Shown here: positions 49,349-60,357 of the stretch, one piece after another | Layout of the letters: each line of letters opens with the position of its first letter | How positions within the stretch are numbered: position 1 is the first letter of the stretch | IMG/VR virus record: IMGVR_UViG_3300032007_000060 | Coordinates: 18,229-82,228 of that record | Length of the DNA stretch: 64,000 nt | Source: a virus | Lineage: Duplodnaviria; Caudoviricetes | Reading direction: 5' to 3' (one strand) | The notes under the pieces: model-generated | What the model was told of the DNA's origin: nothing | Databases searched by the model: none | What the model saw: the letters and a program-made list of their open reading frames with translations, nothing else | Translations under genes and position numbers: made by a program

Positions 49349-50075
49349 CTGGAAATAATTTTTCGTTAGCGGTTTCTGTTAATCCAAGTCTTTCTTCTAC
49401 TTTACCTGTAACGGCCCATTTTTCCATGAATGGGAATTTTTTCCAGAAGAATAATCTGTCATTATAATCTTGACTTGATTCTGGTAACCTTAATTGACTT
49501 GCCAAGAATCCATCTATTAGTTTTGCTTTTTCTTCACCTGCTATAGCGGTTATTTCTTTTGTCATTTTTTCAACCATTGCTTGTTCTTCAGGTGTTATTT
49601 CTTCTCCATCTTGTGCTTTTTTGAAAATGTCTTGTTCTTCTTGACTGTAATCTCTGAACAGGTCAATGTTCATTTCCATATAATCTGAGATTCTTGAACT
49701 ATCAACCGGCAGTATCTCGAAATTAAATTCGTAAACTTGACCTTGATATGTTAAATGAACTCTTAGCATTTTGTTACTTTCATCATTAAGTATGTCTAAG
49801 AATTCCTTTTCTGTGTTAATTATCCTTACAGTATTTTCCATTGCTTCAATTGTTTCGGTTGGTCTATATTTAGTAATGTATTTACGGTATTTCTGTAAGG
49901 TTTTCTTTAATAATGTGAATTCATCATCAGTTAATTCAACATAATCCATACACTTAAAAACCACAATCCTTTCCTCCTGAGTCAATGCTTCCAGAGGCAA
50001 TTCTTCACATTCTAGTGGGTATTGTGTTTTAAGTAAATGTTTTTCCATTTTTGCTGCTTTTTCATCAGGATTCAT
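49341..50075 (-). CDS. tail assembly chaperone
   Basis: position between tube and tape measure. Confidence 0.55.
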   Translation of the reverse strand: MNPDEKAAKMEKHLLKTQYPLECEELPLEALTQEERIVVFKCMDYVELTDDEFTLLKKTLQKYRKYITKYRPTETIEAMENTVRIINTEKEFLDILNDESNKMLRVHLTYQGQVYEFNFEILPVDSSRISDYMEMNIDLFRDYSQEEQDIFKKAQDGEEITPEEQAMVEKMTKEITAIAGEEKAKLIDGFLASQLRLPESSQDYNDRLFFWKKFPFMEKWAVTGKVEERLGLTETANEKLFPDG

Positions 50076-50178
50076 ATGCTACACTCCAAATTAATTTAAT
50101 TTTAATTTTAAAAAAAAAGAATAACCTAAAAAAAAATAGATAAAAAAAAAATAAAGAAACAAAAAAAAGAGAAAAAAC

Positions 50179-50571
50179 TTATTTTTGTTTCTTATGATTC
50201 CTTGCTTTGATTTTAATACTGAAAGGCTCATTACCATTCTCTTTACTGAGTTCAGTAATACGAGCACCATACAATACGTCATCCTCAATAAGATTACCAG
50301 TATCCTCATCATAATCATATGATGCAAGAGTACCTTTAACCTTCTTATCATACAATGCTTTAATAGGTTTCCTTAAAGCAGGGTCAATATCAGATGCTTC
50401 AGCTTCAACAGTTTCTTTCCCATCTTGACTATCATAAGCATTACTACTATTAGTAGCAGTTAAATCAGTAGATTCACTTTTGAAACTAGTTTTGAAACCA
50501 CCACATACAATTTCAAGATCATCAAACATTAAAATAGCTTGACTATATCTTACAGTATCAGCCATTGTCAA
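50179..50571 (-). CDS. tail tube protein
   Basis: 130 aa, directly after sheath. Confidence 0.65.
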   Translation of the reverse strand: MTMADTVRYSQAILMFDDLEIVCGGFKTSFKSESTDLTATNSSNAYDSQDGKETVEAEASDIDPALRKPIKALYDKKVKGTLASYDYDEDTGNLIEDDVLYGARITELSKENGNEPFSIKIKARNHKKQK

Positions 50572-50597
50572 TCATCTCCATATTCTTTTTACATTAT

Positions 50598-51749
50598 TTA
50601 ATTAGTACTTTTAACAATCGGATTTCTGATTTTAGCTTTAACATTAATCGCATGAGTAGAGTTAACACAAAGAATATCTCCAATTAACTCCATATCATAA
50701 GGTTGCTGATTAGATTCAACTAATGTCAATTTAGTACCTTCACCAGTATCACTATTATAACCAATAATTCTTTCAGCTTCAACTTCCGCATCAATAATAG
50801 CATCAACACGAGTTTGACTTTTAACAATCTGAGAAGTTACCTCATTATTTTTCACTTGAGGATAAACCGCTTTGAAAATTTCACGAAGCAAATGGTCCGC
50901 ATTAAATCTGCAATGACCAAGAGCATCAGCAGGTTTCTTTGTAGCTGCATAAGCAGTTGAAGTAGATAAATTGATTCTGCAATAAACATCAGTATCAACA
51001 ACTTCATCACAATTAATAACAACACCTGCAGCTTGTAACGCTTCAATTTCTGCATTAGTTCTTTCCTTGAAAGTTCCAGGAGTTACAGTACGATAAGGTA
51101 AGAATCCTGGTTCAACCCAATAAGGAGTAGTACAAAATCTAGCAACAGTTTTACCAAATTCTAATGGTTCACAAAGGAAACATCTGCTATCTAATATTCC
51201 ACCACTTGAAGGATTTAATGCTATTAATTGTTCATCAGTAGCATTTTCTTTGGTGAAAAATGCAGTACGTAAGTTTAAATTAGTAGTTTCAGTAGCAATA
51301 CTTGCCATTGCACCACTAATGAATGCGGATAAAGTGTAATCAGTAATATTATCTGCACCAATATAAACTTCAGCAGTAGCCTTGTTTAATTTTTTAGCAT
51401 TTGTTAAAGCAGTTAACCAACTCTGTTTTGTAGTTCCATCTCCAACGTCAATAACATAAACAAAAGGAACACCTAAATCTTCAGTTGTTCTTGGTTCCGC
51501 TTCCTCAAAAAACTTTTCCAAGAAAGCTAACACTTTATTAGTACTGGTGTCTGTTCCAATACCACCATTAGCAATACTTTTATTAGCATCATCAAAGTTT
51601 CTGAAAGTTTGAATATTAGTACCATCAACAGGATAAGTTTGTGTACCTGTATTTCCGGTTGCACCGATAACTACAGGGATTTTGGCACCAATTCCAACTA
51701 ACTCTAATTCAGTTGTTTCATCAAAATAAACACCGGGTCTTCTAACCAT
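50598..51749 (-). CDS. tail sheath protein (contractile tail)
   Basis: RRPGVYFDE N-terminus, IEALQAAGV...; precedes tube. Confidence 0.8.
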   Translation of the reverse strand: MVRRPGVYFDETTELELVGIGAKIPVVIGATGNTGTQTYPVDGTNIQTFRNFDDANKSIANGGIGTDTSTNKVLAFLEKFFEEAEPRTTEDLGVPFVYVIDVGDGTTKQSWLTALTNAKKLNKATAEVYIGADNITDYTLSAFISGAMASIATETTNLNLRTAFFTKENATDEQLIALNPSSGGILDSRCFLCEPLEFGKTVARFCTTPYWVEPGFLPYRTVTPGTFKERTNAEIEALQAAGVVINCDEVVDTDVYCRINLSTSTAYAATKKPADALGHCRFNADHLLREIFKAVYPQVKNNEVTSQIVKSQTRVDAIIDAEVEAERIIGYNSDTGEGTKLTLVESNQQPYDMELIGDILCVNSTHAINVKAKIRNPIVKSTN

Positions 51750-51752
51750 AAT

Positions 51753-51962
51753 TTAACCCTCCACGATTTTATTAAATTCAGCTAATGTTAAAGAAGGAGT
51801 AATATCCTCTTTTTCATAAACTTCTAATTCTTCTTTATATTGTTCTAATAAACCGGCACGATGCAAATCCATAATTATTGATGGGTAATGCACATCACTG
51901 TTTTTCACTAACTCCACCAAAGTGAATTTTTCATCGGAGGTTTCTTTTTTCTTTTTACTCAT
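51753..51962 (-). CDS. hypothetical protein
   Basis: 69-aa ORF in neck/tail operon. Confidence 0.55.
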   Translation of the reverse strand: MSKKKKETSDEKFTLVELVKNSDVHYPSIIMDLHRAGLLEQYKEELEVYEKEDITPSLTLAEFNKIVEG

Positions 51963-52639
51963 AATAATTCCTCATCAACACTTAAATCTTGACTAATAGC
52001 CCCACCGATAATATGATAATCATAATAACTGAAAGAAACACGAATAATACTTCTTAAAACTTGTGGGTTCACAGTTGCATCATCCAAATCATAAGCAGGT
52101 TCCACATCAAAACTAGCACGAATAATGTCATAAGCAGTGAAAATATTCTCATAATGAAAATCTGCAGGACTAGGACATTGATGTTTAGCAGTACGTCCAT
52201 TCTGTACAGTTAAAGCCCTGCATTCAGAATCAAGAAAACTACAATCTCCATTATTGTATTGTTTGCAGAAACTGTAATGATCCGATTGTACCTTGTCAAA
52301 AATAGTTGAGATTTGATTTATGATCTCCTCTCTTTCATCTTGAGAATTACACCAGATATTCAGATTCAAACTGATGCTGCGTTCTTCACGTCTCATCTGT
52401 TGTGAAATCATCCTGTCCGGATGTTCACTATCATATTGCGGATGGTCTTCAGGAATAACACTATCTTTATTGATAATGTTTTTCTGAATAATACTAGTTC
52501 CACCACTATTGTCAATAGTTAAACATGGAGTGTGGTCATAAGGATAATCTCTTTTAACTATTTTCACAACAGTTCCATCTTCAAGCAGGATATTATTATA
52601 GAGCACTTTCAGTAACATCCTTATTGGTTTAGTTAACAT
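51959..52639 (-). CDS. tail completion/terminator-like protein
   Basis: YPYDHTPCLTI...LNIWC pattern and position. Confidence 0.5.
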   Translation of the reverse strand: MLTKPIRMLLKVLYNNILLEDGTVVKIVKRDYPYDHTPCLTIDNSGGTSIIQKNIINKDSVIPEDHPQYDSEHPDRMISQQMRREERSISLNLNIWCNSQDEREEIINQISTIFDKVQSDHYSFCKQYNNGDCSFLDSECRALTVQNGRTAKHQCPSPADFHYENIFTAYDIIRASFDVEPAYDLDDATVNPQVLRSIIRVSFSYYDYHIIGGAISQDLSVDEELL

Positions 52640-52641
52640 AG

Positions 52642-52995
52642 TTATTCAAGCACTCCCATATTTTTTAATTGTGTTTTAAAAGTCCTGCTCATGTAGTTCT
52701 CACTACTTAAGCCATTAGCCACTTTTTGAGGATAATTACGTGCCTTCATTTTACTGGTTCCAAAAACAACAAAAACCCAATAATGCTGCCCATTTTTCAC
52801 AAATCCCTCTTCATCGGAAATGTCACTTGAATGACCTCTCATCAAAGCACCAGTATCATAAGGACAAGTTTTTTTACAACGAGATTCCGCCTCAAGAGTA
52901 GTATTCCTGATAGTGACCGCTTCACATTTTTTAATAATGGATTTATCCAGTTTCTTATAGAAACTCGGATTGATTTTAACCTCAATATCAATCAT
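52642..52995 (-). CDS. HK97 gp10-like neck protein
   Basis: CPYDTGALMRG...YWVFVVFGTSKMKARNY. Confidence 0.75.
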   Translation of the reverse strand: MIDIEVKINPSFYKKLDKSIIKKCEAVTIRNTTLEAESRCKKTCPYDTGALMRGHSSDISDEEGFVKNGQHYWVFVVFGTSKMKARNYPQKVANGLSSENYMSRTFKTQLKNMGVLE

Positions 52996-53351
52996 ACCAT
53001 CACCTTTGTAGGTTTGCGTTGTTTTTTCAAAATGAGTTTTATGTGTCGTGTAGGAGTAAAATGAGTGTTAACCATAGGAGTTCCAACAATCTCATAAGTA
53101 TCCGGCTTTCCTTTAACTTTAACCAGCATTGACGGTTCAACAGTTACATTATAATCAATAATTACTTTGTAAGTGTCAGTTAAAATCTCACCAAACTGCT
53201 TTAAAGAATCACTAGGACTCATTGGTTGAAAATTACATGGCACAGTATCCATTAAAGAATATTCTTTCAATGGTTCGTAGTAAGAGTTAAATTCAGTTGC
53301 GGATTCTGTGTATTGGTATAATTCTAATTCTGCATTTGGGAAAAATACCAT
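52992..53351 (-). CDS. head closure protein
   Basis: 119 aa, canonical position, TYEIVG motif. Confidence 0.6.
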   Translation of the reverse strand: MVFFPNAELELYQYTESATEFNSYYEPLKEYSLMDTVPCNFQPMSPSDSLKQFGEILTDTYKVIIDYNVTVEPSMLVKVKGKPDTYEIVGTPMVNTHFTPTRHIKLILKKQRKPTKVMV

Positions 53352-53357
53352 AACACA

Positions 53358-53942
53358 TCACAACCATTTAACTTTTGAGGAACAAGCACCATAATTTTTT
53401 AAAGATTCTAAACGAGCATATATACGATTACCAAGGCTATTACTTGTATCATAATTAATTGTAGTATCCATCTCATGTATACTGGAAATATTACCTTTAC
53501 TATTCTCACCAGTAGTGTCATTGAAAGTGTAAAGCAACATATCAACAATCAATGGATCAATTTTAGATGTGACAAATTCTTGAGAAACACAATGCACATA
53601 TTCAATAACCAACATACCAGTGTGGCCATGATTAAGATAAAAAATACCAGCATTTTCATCAAGAACATAATCATCACTTGTTAATTCAACATTGTTGATT
53701 TTAAAAGAATTAACACTAGTTACAGGGTAAATATTTGTTTCAAACAGATCACCTTTGAAACGTCTGAGTATTTCTTTTCGAGTCACCGGTTTAATTGCCA
53801 AACCAGTCAACTCAATAATCTCATCAACTTTCAAATCAATCCAATCTTGCAAAACAGAATCATCACTTAATAATGATTCATCCACACCTTGCAACTTTAA
53901 TTTGTTTTTAAGGTTAGTAGGAGTAATTAAATCCAAAGTCAA
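53358..53942 (-). CDS. head-tail adaptor protein
   Basis: LITPTNLK...DYVLDENAGIF...IEY pattern, position after capsid. Confidence 0.6.
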   Translation of the reverse strand: MTLDLITPTNLKNKLKLQGVDESLLSDDSVLQDWIDLKVDEIIELTGLAIKPVTRKEILRRFKGDLFETNIYPVTSVNSFKINNVELTSDDYVLDENAGIFYLNHGHTGMLVIEYVHCVSQEFVTSKIDPLIVDMLLYTFNDTTGENSKGNISSIHEMDTTINYDTSNSLGNRIYARLESLKNYGACSSKVKWL

Positions 53943-54069
53943 ATATAATTCCTCCTTTTTTATAATAATAAATAAAAAAATTTAAAAATGTAGAAAAGAA
54001 AAAAAATATTTTTCAATCTATCTACATCTTATTTTTTTTTAACTTTCTGAATCCTGTTGGGAAATTATT

Positions 54070-54273
54070 TTATTGAGCATCTTCCAATGCTTTGATACGT
54101 GCAAGGATAGTACCTGCAGTTTCTTCATCACCAACAGCAGTTTCTAATGCTTCAACTTTAGTTGCAATAGTGGAATCACCAGCAACAGCAGCAGCAATTT
54201 CATCAGAAAGAATATCAAATCTAGCTTTTTTATCAGTTTTTTCACTATCAGTTAAATCATTAAATTTAACCAT
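54070..54273 (-). CDS. small capsid-associated protein
   Basis: 67 aa, TILARIKALE fibre-like motif directly after the capsid gene. Confidence 0.45.
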   Translation of the reverse strand: MVKFNDLTDSEKTDKKARFDILSDEIAAAVAGDSTIATKVEALETAVGDEETAGTILARIKALEDAQ

Positions 54274-54320
54274 ACGACTTCACTTCCTTTAAAAAAAAAT
54301 AATTAAGAATGCAAAAATCT

Positions 54321-55403
54321 TTATGAGTTAGATTTTGCATTTTTAGTGTAAGGTACAACAATAGTGTCTTGGTCGTAGTGGATTTTAGCATCCGCTTTAG
54401 CAAGACCAACAACTTTGTAACCAATTTCATCAATATCAAATTGGTTTAAGACATCCATGTCTCTCATCATACCAAATACAAGGTTGGAAGGTTCACCGAT
54501 GAAAGCGTATCTTAATTTGTCCACAGCAGTACCGTTACCTTTTGGTAAACCGGTAGTGGAATCAAATTTCATGGTATCCCATCCGTGACGGGTGTTACGG
54601 AGGACATTGTCCTGTTTAACTTCCATACCCATAATCATAGGGATTTTACCATCTTTAAGTAAGGTGTCACCAAAGTCAGATTCTCTGGTAGCGATGTCAC
54701 GTACAACTTTACTGTACATTGCAGGAGGAACAATGATGTTAGCATTTTTCATGTTACCATCTTGTTCGATGTACATTTCAGCTGCATTAAGTAAACCTTC
54801 TAAAGCATTGTTGGAGTAGGTTAATGGAGCGAAACCAGCAGCTTCGTTAGTGTTGTCTCCAGCAATAGCTTTTGCTTGTGCAAGAATACCGTTGGTCATG
54901 GTGAAACCAGTTCCTTCACCGGTTTGAGTAGATACACTGGAATCAGCGTAAATACCGTATCTTTCCATAGCTGGACCCATTTCATTACCAAGTAAACCAA
55001 TCCATTTGGATAAGAAGTCTTCACCTTCAATGTTTTCATCGATGAAGTTTAATGGAATAATGGTTTTAGCTTGTAAAGGTTGAGCTAATAATTGTTTTCT
55101 TTTCATGATTGGAGCAGTTTCACGACTGGTTAATCCTGTACTTGCACCGGTTGAAGCGTTTCTTTGAGCATCGAAATCTAATTCAATACCAAGGTCATCA
55201 ATATCATGTTGTAATGATCTCATTTGAATTACACGAGATTGTTCTAAGAGTACTGGTTCATCAGTTACTCTGGTGAAGAAATCTTCAAAGGTTGGTTCTG
55301 CCCAACCAGGACTTAAAGCACCTGATGCAGAGAAAGCTGCATCTGCAAATTTCATATTAAAACTATCTTGACTTAAAATTTTTTCTTGAATAGTAGTTGA
55401 CAT
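54321..55403 (-). CDS. major capsid protein (HK97 fold)
   Basis: 360 aa after the protease gene; host-like optimised codon usage; MGMEVKQD and FGMMRDM C-terminal motifs. Confidence 0.8.
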   Translation of the reverse strand: MSTTIQEKILSQDSFNMKFADAAFSASGALSPGWAEPTFEDFFTRVTDEPVLLEQSRVIQMRSLQHDIDDLGIELDFDAQRNASTGASTGLTSRETAPIMKRKQLLAQPLQAKTIIPLNFIDENIEGEDFLSKWIGLLGNEMGPAMERYGIYADSSVSTQTGEGTGFTMTNGILAQAKAIAGDNTNEAAGFAPLTYSNNALEGLLNAAEMYIEQDGNMKNANIIVPPAMYSKVVRDIATRESDFGDTLLKDGKIPMIMGMEVKQDNVLRNTRHGWDTMKFDSTTGLPKGNGTAVDKLRYAFIGEPSNLVFGMMRDMDVLNQFDIDEIGYKVVGLAKADAKIHYDQDTIVVPYTKNAKSNS

Positions 55404-55567
55404 AGAATATCACCTATCAATTTTTTTAATTTAATTTAAAAATAATCTAAAAACTCTTAAAATTAACTATAAAACAATTAAAACATTTCAATTAATAAAA
55501 AGAGTATTTAAAATATATTATTTAATCTAAAAAAGAATTTAATTTAGTTAAAAAAAAATTTAAAAAT

Positions 55568-56773
55568 TTAAACATATTTCAAATTCCTACCATAAACATC
55601 ACGCTTAGGTTTAACAGCAGGAGATTTTTTCTTATGAGTTTCATCTTGGAATTTCTTAAATTTAGACGGAACAGACTTAGAATTCAATTGTTTAACAATC
55701 TCATCATGAATCTTCTGATCCAAAGACTTTTCCTCAATCTCATCCACATCCTCATCCTCAGACTTTTTATCCTCAGGACAATCTTCTTTTTCCTCAATAT
55801 CCTCATCAGTTTCAACATCACCAGTTGTAGGCTCTGCCTTACCAGCTTCAGATTTAACCTCTTCCTCTTCAACAGGTTCAGTAGCAGGTTCAGTTTCATC
55901 TTCCACTGATTCCTCTTCTTCATTAGTTAAATCCTTTTCTTCAACAGCATCTTCTGAATCTTGAACTTCTCGAGTAGCTTTAATCTCAGCCATAATCTTT
56001 TCAGCCATAGCCTCAGCAGCTTTAGTTGCAGAAGCATCAGCAATACTCTCAAGTTTAGATTCAAGGTTTTCAAGAATACGAGGTTCAAATTCAGCTGTAT
56101 ACTCATTCATCATATTTTTAAACAACTCAGTGATTTGAGCTAACTGTTCATCAGAAAAACCAGCAATAGCTTTCTCATCTTTTACTGGGTCTTCTGGAAC
56201 TTCTTCAATTTTATTTTCTTTTTCTTCCATATTCTCACCATCATGTATCGCATGATAACATGCACCAGTCAAACAATTGCTGGCTACTAAATTCAGAGAT
56301 TTATATTCAACAGTTCCATAAGTATCCCAATTCATCGGAATATAAGTAAGAGTGATCTCTTTCAAATCATAATCCGTAATTAGGATACCATCAGGAGTTC
56401 GTTGTTTGCGTGGGAATCCGGATATACTGAAACCAAAGTTCATTCCTATATCTAGGCGTTCTTTAATTCCACTTGCATACTCTTTAAGTACACGAGCTTT
56501 TATCCAAAGCTCATTGTCCTGTACCCATGCCTCAACAATAGCTCCAATTCCACCTTCATAATGCCGATTATGGTCTCTGAATAAGTTAAGACCTGGAGCT
56601 TGTTTTGCTAATGATTCAAGTACTTCTTGTGACACTATCTCATTAGCATAATCTTTGTTGGTGGTTGAAGCAACTCCAATTATTGTTAAAGTACCATCAT
56701 CATTCGGTTCGTAGGATTTAGCATCTAATGGTAATCCATAGACCCTGTATGATGTGGCTGTTGCAGTTGACAT
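55568..56773 (-). CDS. prohead protease with acidic scaffold domain
   Basis: GVAST...D...E...LFRDHN...IG...GFSISG...LKEITL (HK97-type protease) plus acidic C-terminus. Confidence 0.85.
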   Translation of the reverse strand: MSTATATSYRVYGLPLDAKSYEPNDDGTLTIIGVASTTNKDYANEIVSQEVLESLAKQAPGLNLFRDHNRHYEGGIGAIVEAWVQDNELWIKARVLKEYASGIKERLDIGMNFGFSISGFPRKQRTPDGILITDYDLKEITLTYIPMNWDTYGTVEYKSLNLVASNCLTGACYHAIHDGENMEEKENKIEEVPEDPVKDEKAIAGFSDEQLAQITELFKNMMNEYTAEFEPRILENLESKLESIADASATKAAEAMAEKIMAEIKATREVQDSEDAVEEKDLTNEEEESVEDETEPATEPVEEEEVKSEAGKAEPTTGDVETDEDIEEKEDCPEDKKSEDEDVDEIEEKSLDQKIHDEIVKQLNSKSVPSKFKKFQDETHKKKSPAVKPKRDVYGRNLKYV

Positions 56774-58151
56774 AACGCATCACAAAAAAAATTTTTTCTA
56801 AAAAGGTTGTTCTTCTCACTACTTTGAAAGTGATTATATTTTTTAAAAGAACATGCTGACTAACAAAAATAAATAAAATAATATATAGGGGCTTAAAATC
56901 GTCTTGTCTCTTTTTATATGGGAAAAAATATTTTTCCCCATATAACATGATTTAAAAGAGACAAATTTTTTTTCCGTGTTTTCTTTTTAATTTTCAAATT
57001 TACGAAAGGAGGCATATTTTTTTTTTAATTTGAAAAAGATACATTATCTGCACAAAAAAACACAAAAGCAAAGTTTGTAGAATAGCTGTCGAAGTAAAAA
57101 AAAGAAAAGAATAAAATAGAAAAATATAAAATTTTGAAAAATAGCTTTTTTTTGGAGGAGTAAAAAAAAATACAGAAAAAAACCAGAGCAGAAAAAAGGG
57201 GTGAAAATTTAATTTAATATGAGGTGAATAAAATGAAAATAAAAAAATTCGATGTAGATTGAAAAAGCACAGACGCAAAAAAAAATGTTTTTTATCCCTG
57301 TTTTATTCTTTTTCCCCAATTTTATCTTTTACCAGCTTCTTTTTTTATTGCATATCTTTCATATTTTTTGTTTTCATCTTCTTTTCTTTTCTTTTCTTTT
57401 TAGAGGTTGCATACTTCATAGACTGACGAACATGTCATAAAATTAGACTAGTTTAGCCACTTGGTCTAGGTGGAGTCTTAAATAGTAGCGAAATGACCAT
57501 GAAAAAAGAATATAATTTTTTTTATCAGGAAAAAAATGAGGATGGAAAACGAATATAATTCTTTTCCCTCTTTTTTTATTTTTTCCTGATAATAACGTCA
57601 AATATTTATATTGGAGATTTAAATATGGTATTATTTAAATTTTAAACATGATCTATATTTTTTTGAAAAAAAGAAAGAGAAGAAAAAAGGAGATATAAAA
57701 ATTTTCAAAGTAATATTTTACTTTTTTTTCCTTCTCTTATTCTTTTTCCCTTTAAACTAAAACAGAAGAATACTTTTTCTTCACACCATATTTTTTTTCA
57801 AATAAAACCCCTACCTGAAAAAAATATGAGTGAGGTTTTTTCCTTTCACATAGATTATGTAGAAAAGAGGTAATCATAGGAAGCTTAAACCTATCAGATT
57901 ACCATTTATGACTAACAATAATTTTATTTTTAAGTATAATGGAGGAAAAAAGAATGATAAAAAAAAATATTATAAAAATTTTTCTTTTATGAAATTCTTT
58001 TTCCTATAATTTTTTCCCTTTATTTTTTTTTAGGAGGTCACAAAAAAAATTCGAGGCTAAAAAAAAACTTTTTTTTAATGGATTTGAATTTTTAGTAGTA
58101 AGAAAAACTACAAGTAAAAATATATCAAAAGTTTTATGGTATTGTAACATG

Positions 58152-59009
58152 TTACGCTTCCATTGGTGCAGTAGTCATTCTAGTTAAATCAACCACCACA
58201 GGATTATCCTCAGGGAACCATAAAGGTTTATCAACAACAGGACCATAACTGCAACGACAATTTGGATGAACCGGAAGAAGATTCATTGCTTCCTCTAATG
58301 TGTAAGGATTATTCTCTTCCAAATCAATACACTCATCACAAACATTACTATCACCAACAGTAATGATTTCAACCTGCTCAACACCATAATTACTATAAGC
58401 CTGTAATGTACCAGTATTAACCGCTCTTGCATGCTCAGTACGTGCAATCATACGAGCACGGGCACGAGAACTAATCAACCGGACAACCTCACCCTCTTTA
58501 TTTTTAATAGGTAAAGGTTTAATTCCTAAAGCAAGAATATCACGAGTAGTTTCATCCGCACCCTGACCTGCAGCAACCGCATTAAATAATGTCTCCTGAA
58601 TACCCTCAAATAAAGTAGTATTCAAATCACGAACCAATTCAAAATTATACTGAGTCACATGATACAAAGCTTCACGATCAGCAATAGTATAAACAACTTT
58701 TTTATGAAGATCACCATAACCAAGATGACTACCAACCTGATAAAACTTCTTAATCAAATCTTCACTATTATCAACATTAGAATTAATAATGGTTTGTAAT
58801 TCTTCTCTAATACCACTATTCTTAAAAAACTCATCAATATCAGCTTGACGAGTTCTGAAAAACCTTTTAGCTTCATCAGTACCTAACCATTCACTAACAC
58901 TTAACATCTGATTATCTAAACCATTCAAAAGTTCACGGAGATATTGCTGCTCACCCCGAGTTAACTTCTTCATATTCGGAATATATAATTCACTTATATT
59001 AGGTATCAT
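58152..59009 (-). CDS. head morphogenesis protein (SPP1 gp7 / Mu F-like)
   Basis: RARMIARTE...VCDEC...PVHPNCRCS. Confidence 0.9.
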   Translation of the reverse strand: MIPNISELYIPNMKKLTRGEQQYLRELLNGLDNQMLSVSEWLGTDEAKRFFRTRQADIDEFFKNSGIREELQTIINSNVDNSEDLIKKFYQVGSHLGYGDLHKKVVYTIADREALYHVTQYNFELVRDLNTTLFEGIQETLFNAVAAGQGADETTRDILALGIKPLPIKNKEGEVVRLISSRARARMIARTEHARAVNTGTLQAYSNYGVEQVEIITVGDSNVCDECIDLEENNPYTLEEAMNLLPVHPNCRCSYGPVVDKPLWFPEDNPVVVDLTRMTTAPMEA

Positions 59010-59011
59010 AG

Positions 59012-60343
59012 TTAGAACATCCAGTTTTCAAGTAATCCAGATTTATACAAATTATTTTTATACCTGCGACCATTCTCTAAACTTTTCATTCCAAGGTCTT
59101 CAGTTAAAACATCCAAGTTATTATTATTGATTGGGTAATCTCCCCAGTCTACTGGGTCCCATCCATAATCTTTACGCACTTCATTAACTGTACGTATACC
59201 ATCACGGACTTGCATACCTTCAATGTTAGCACGTTTCAATTCATCTTCAATATCAATCTCATTAAAACTAAACACTTCATTAAAACCATTACGACCCAAT
59301 ACTTTATTGAATGCTGCTTCATAAAATTTGGCTTTGGCATTCATCACATTTTTGAATTGTTCCTTTTGAGCTTCACCATTACCAGACCCCAGATTTGCAG
59401 TTTCAATAATCCCCACAATACTTGGAGGCACACGGAATAATGATATTATCATGTCTCTGCACATATTCATCATATTAACATAATCCATGTCTTTATTATT
59501 CATATTGGCAGATTGATATGTTGCTCCTTTAGCAATTAACATACCACCATGTTTCCGGACTTGTGCCTGAATCATAGCCTGCAATCTACTAATTTCCATT
59601 GCAAACATATCATCGTCCATGTCTTGAGGATATGTTAATAATGCAGTTGGATCAATACCCTCATTCTCCATAAGTTTCTGATTATAATCCAAACCAAGAA
59701 ACATCATAAGTAATGGTTTCTGTATTTTCTCCAATTTAGAAACACCAAATTTACTTTCATTAAACTCAGTGGATGGTTCATAAATATGAATCAGTTCATC
59801 CGGTTCATAACGTATATTAGGTTTATTCCTGAATCCGTACTGTTCAGTATCATCAAACCAACGAAGTAAACTGGCCGGTACATATTGTAAACCATTCATA
59901 ATCTGATAATTGGAATTATCATAATCAAATTCTTCATAATTAACTTCAATAAAAGTATCTCCAACAAGTTCCTGACTATTAACTATCTGCTTAATGAAAA
60001 CTGGGAAAGTTAATGATGAGTCATTACTCTCAGGATGATTAAACAAATTAGTCAAGTATCTGACGTTATTAATATTTGTCTGGAATTCATCAGGATTATT
60101 TATCCGGAAACCATTAATCAAGAAAGTGTCACTAATCGCATTAACACATGCGTAAACATACGGATTGTCTTGAGCTTCTCTGAAGAAACTATAATGTCCC
60201 GCAGTTTTATTAACACTATTGAAAATGAAATGATAATCTTTAACGTATTGTTGGAATAAACTATTCATGTAAGGTTTTCGGATTACTGGCATTACCAGGT
60301 TCCGGAACCTTGATTTTAAGTTCATTGTAAAATTGTTTAACAT
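59012..60343 (-). CDS. portal protein
   Basis: NPYVYACVNAIS, FRVPPSIVG, TVNEVRKDYGW; start refined to ATG 60343, which has an AAGGAG RBS. Confidence 0.9.
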   Translation of the reverse strand: MLNNFTMNLKSRFRNLVMPVIRKPYMNSLFQQYVKDYHFIFNSVNKTAGHYSFFREAQDNPYVYACVNAISDTFLINGFRINNPDEFQTNINNVRYLTNLFNHPESNDSSLTFPVFIKQIVNSQELVGDTFIEVNYEEFDYDNSNYQIMNGLQYVPASLLRWFDDTEQYGFRNKPNIRYEPDELIHIYEPSTEFNESKFGVSKLEKIQKPLLMMFLGLDYNQKLMENEGIDPTALLTYPQDMDDDMFAMEISRLQAMIQAQVRKHGGMLIAKGATYQSANMNNKDMDYVNMMNMCRDMIISLFRVPPSIVGIIETANLGSGNGEAQKEQFKNVMNAKAKFYEAAFNKVLGRNGFNEVFSFNEIDIEDELKRANIEGMQVRDGIRTVNEVRKDYGWDPVDWGDYPINNNNLDVLTEDLGMKSLENGRRYKNNLYKSGLLENWMF

Positions 60344-60357
60344 TAATAATTTCTCCT

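Noticed and set aside
49163-49360. Programmed frameshift linking the two tail chaperone ORFs
   Set aside because: The second ORF has its own overlapping ATG and is in the +1/-2 frame; no canonical XXXYYYZ -1 slippery site seen
57000-57278. 92-aa Phe-rich ORF in the head-operon gap
   Set aside because: Low-complexity product of T-tracts; no RBS or plausible fold
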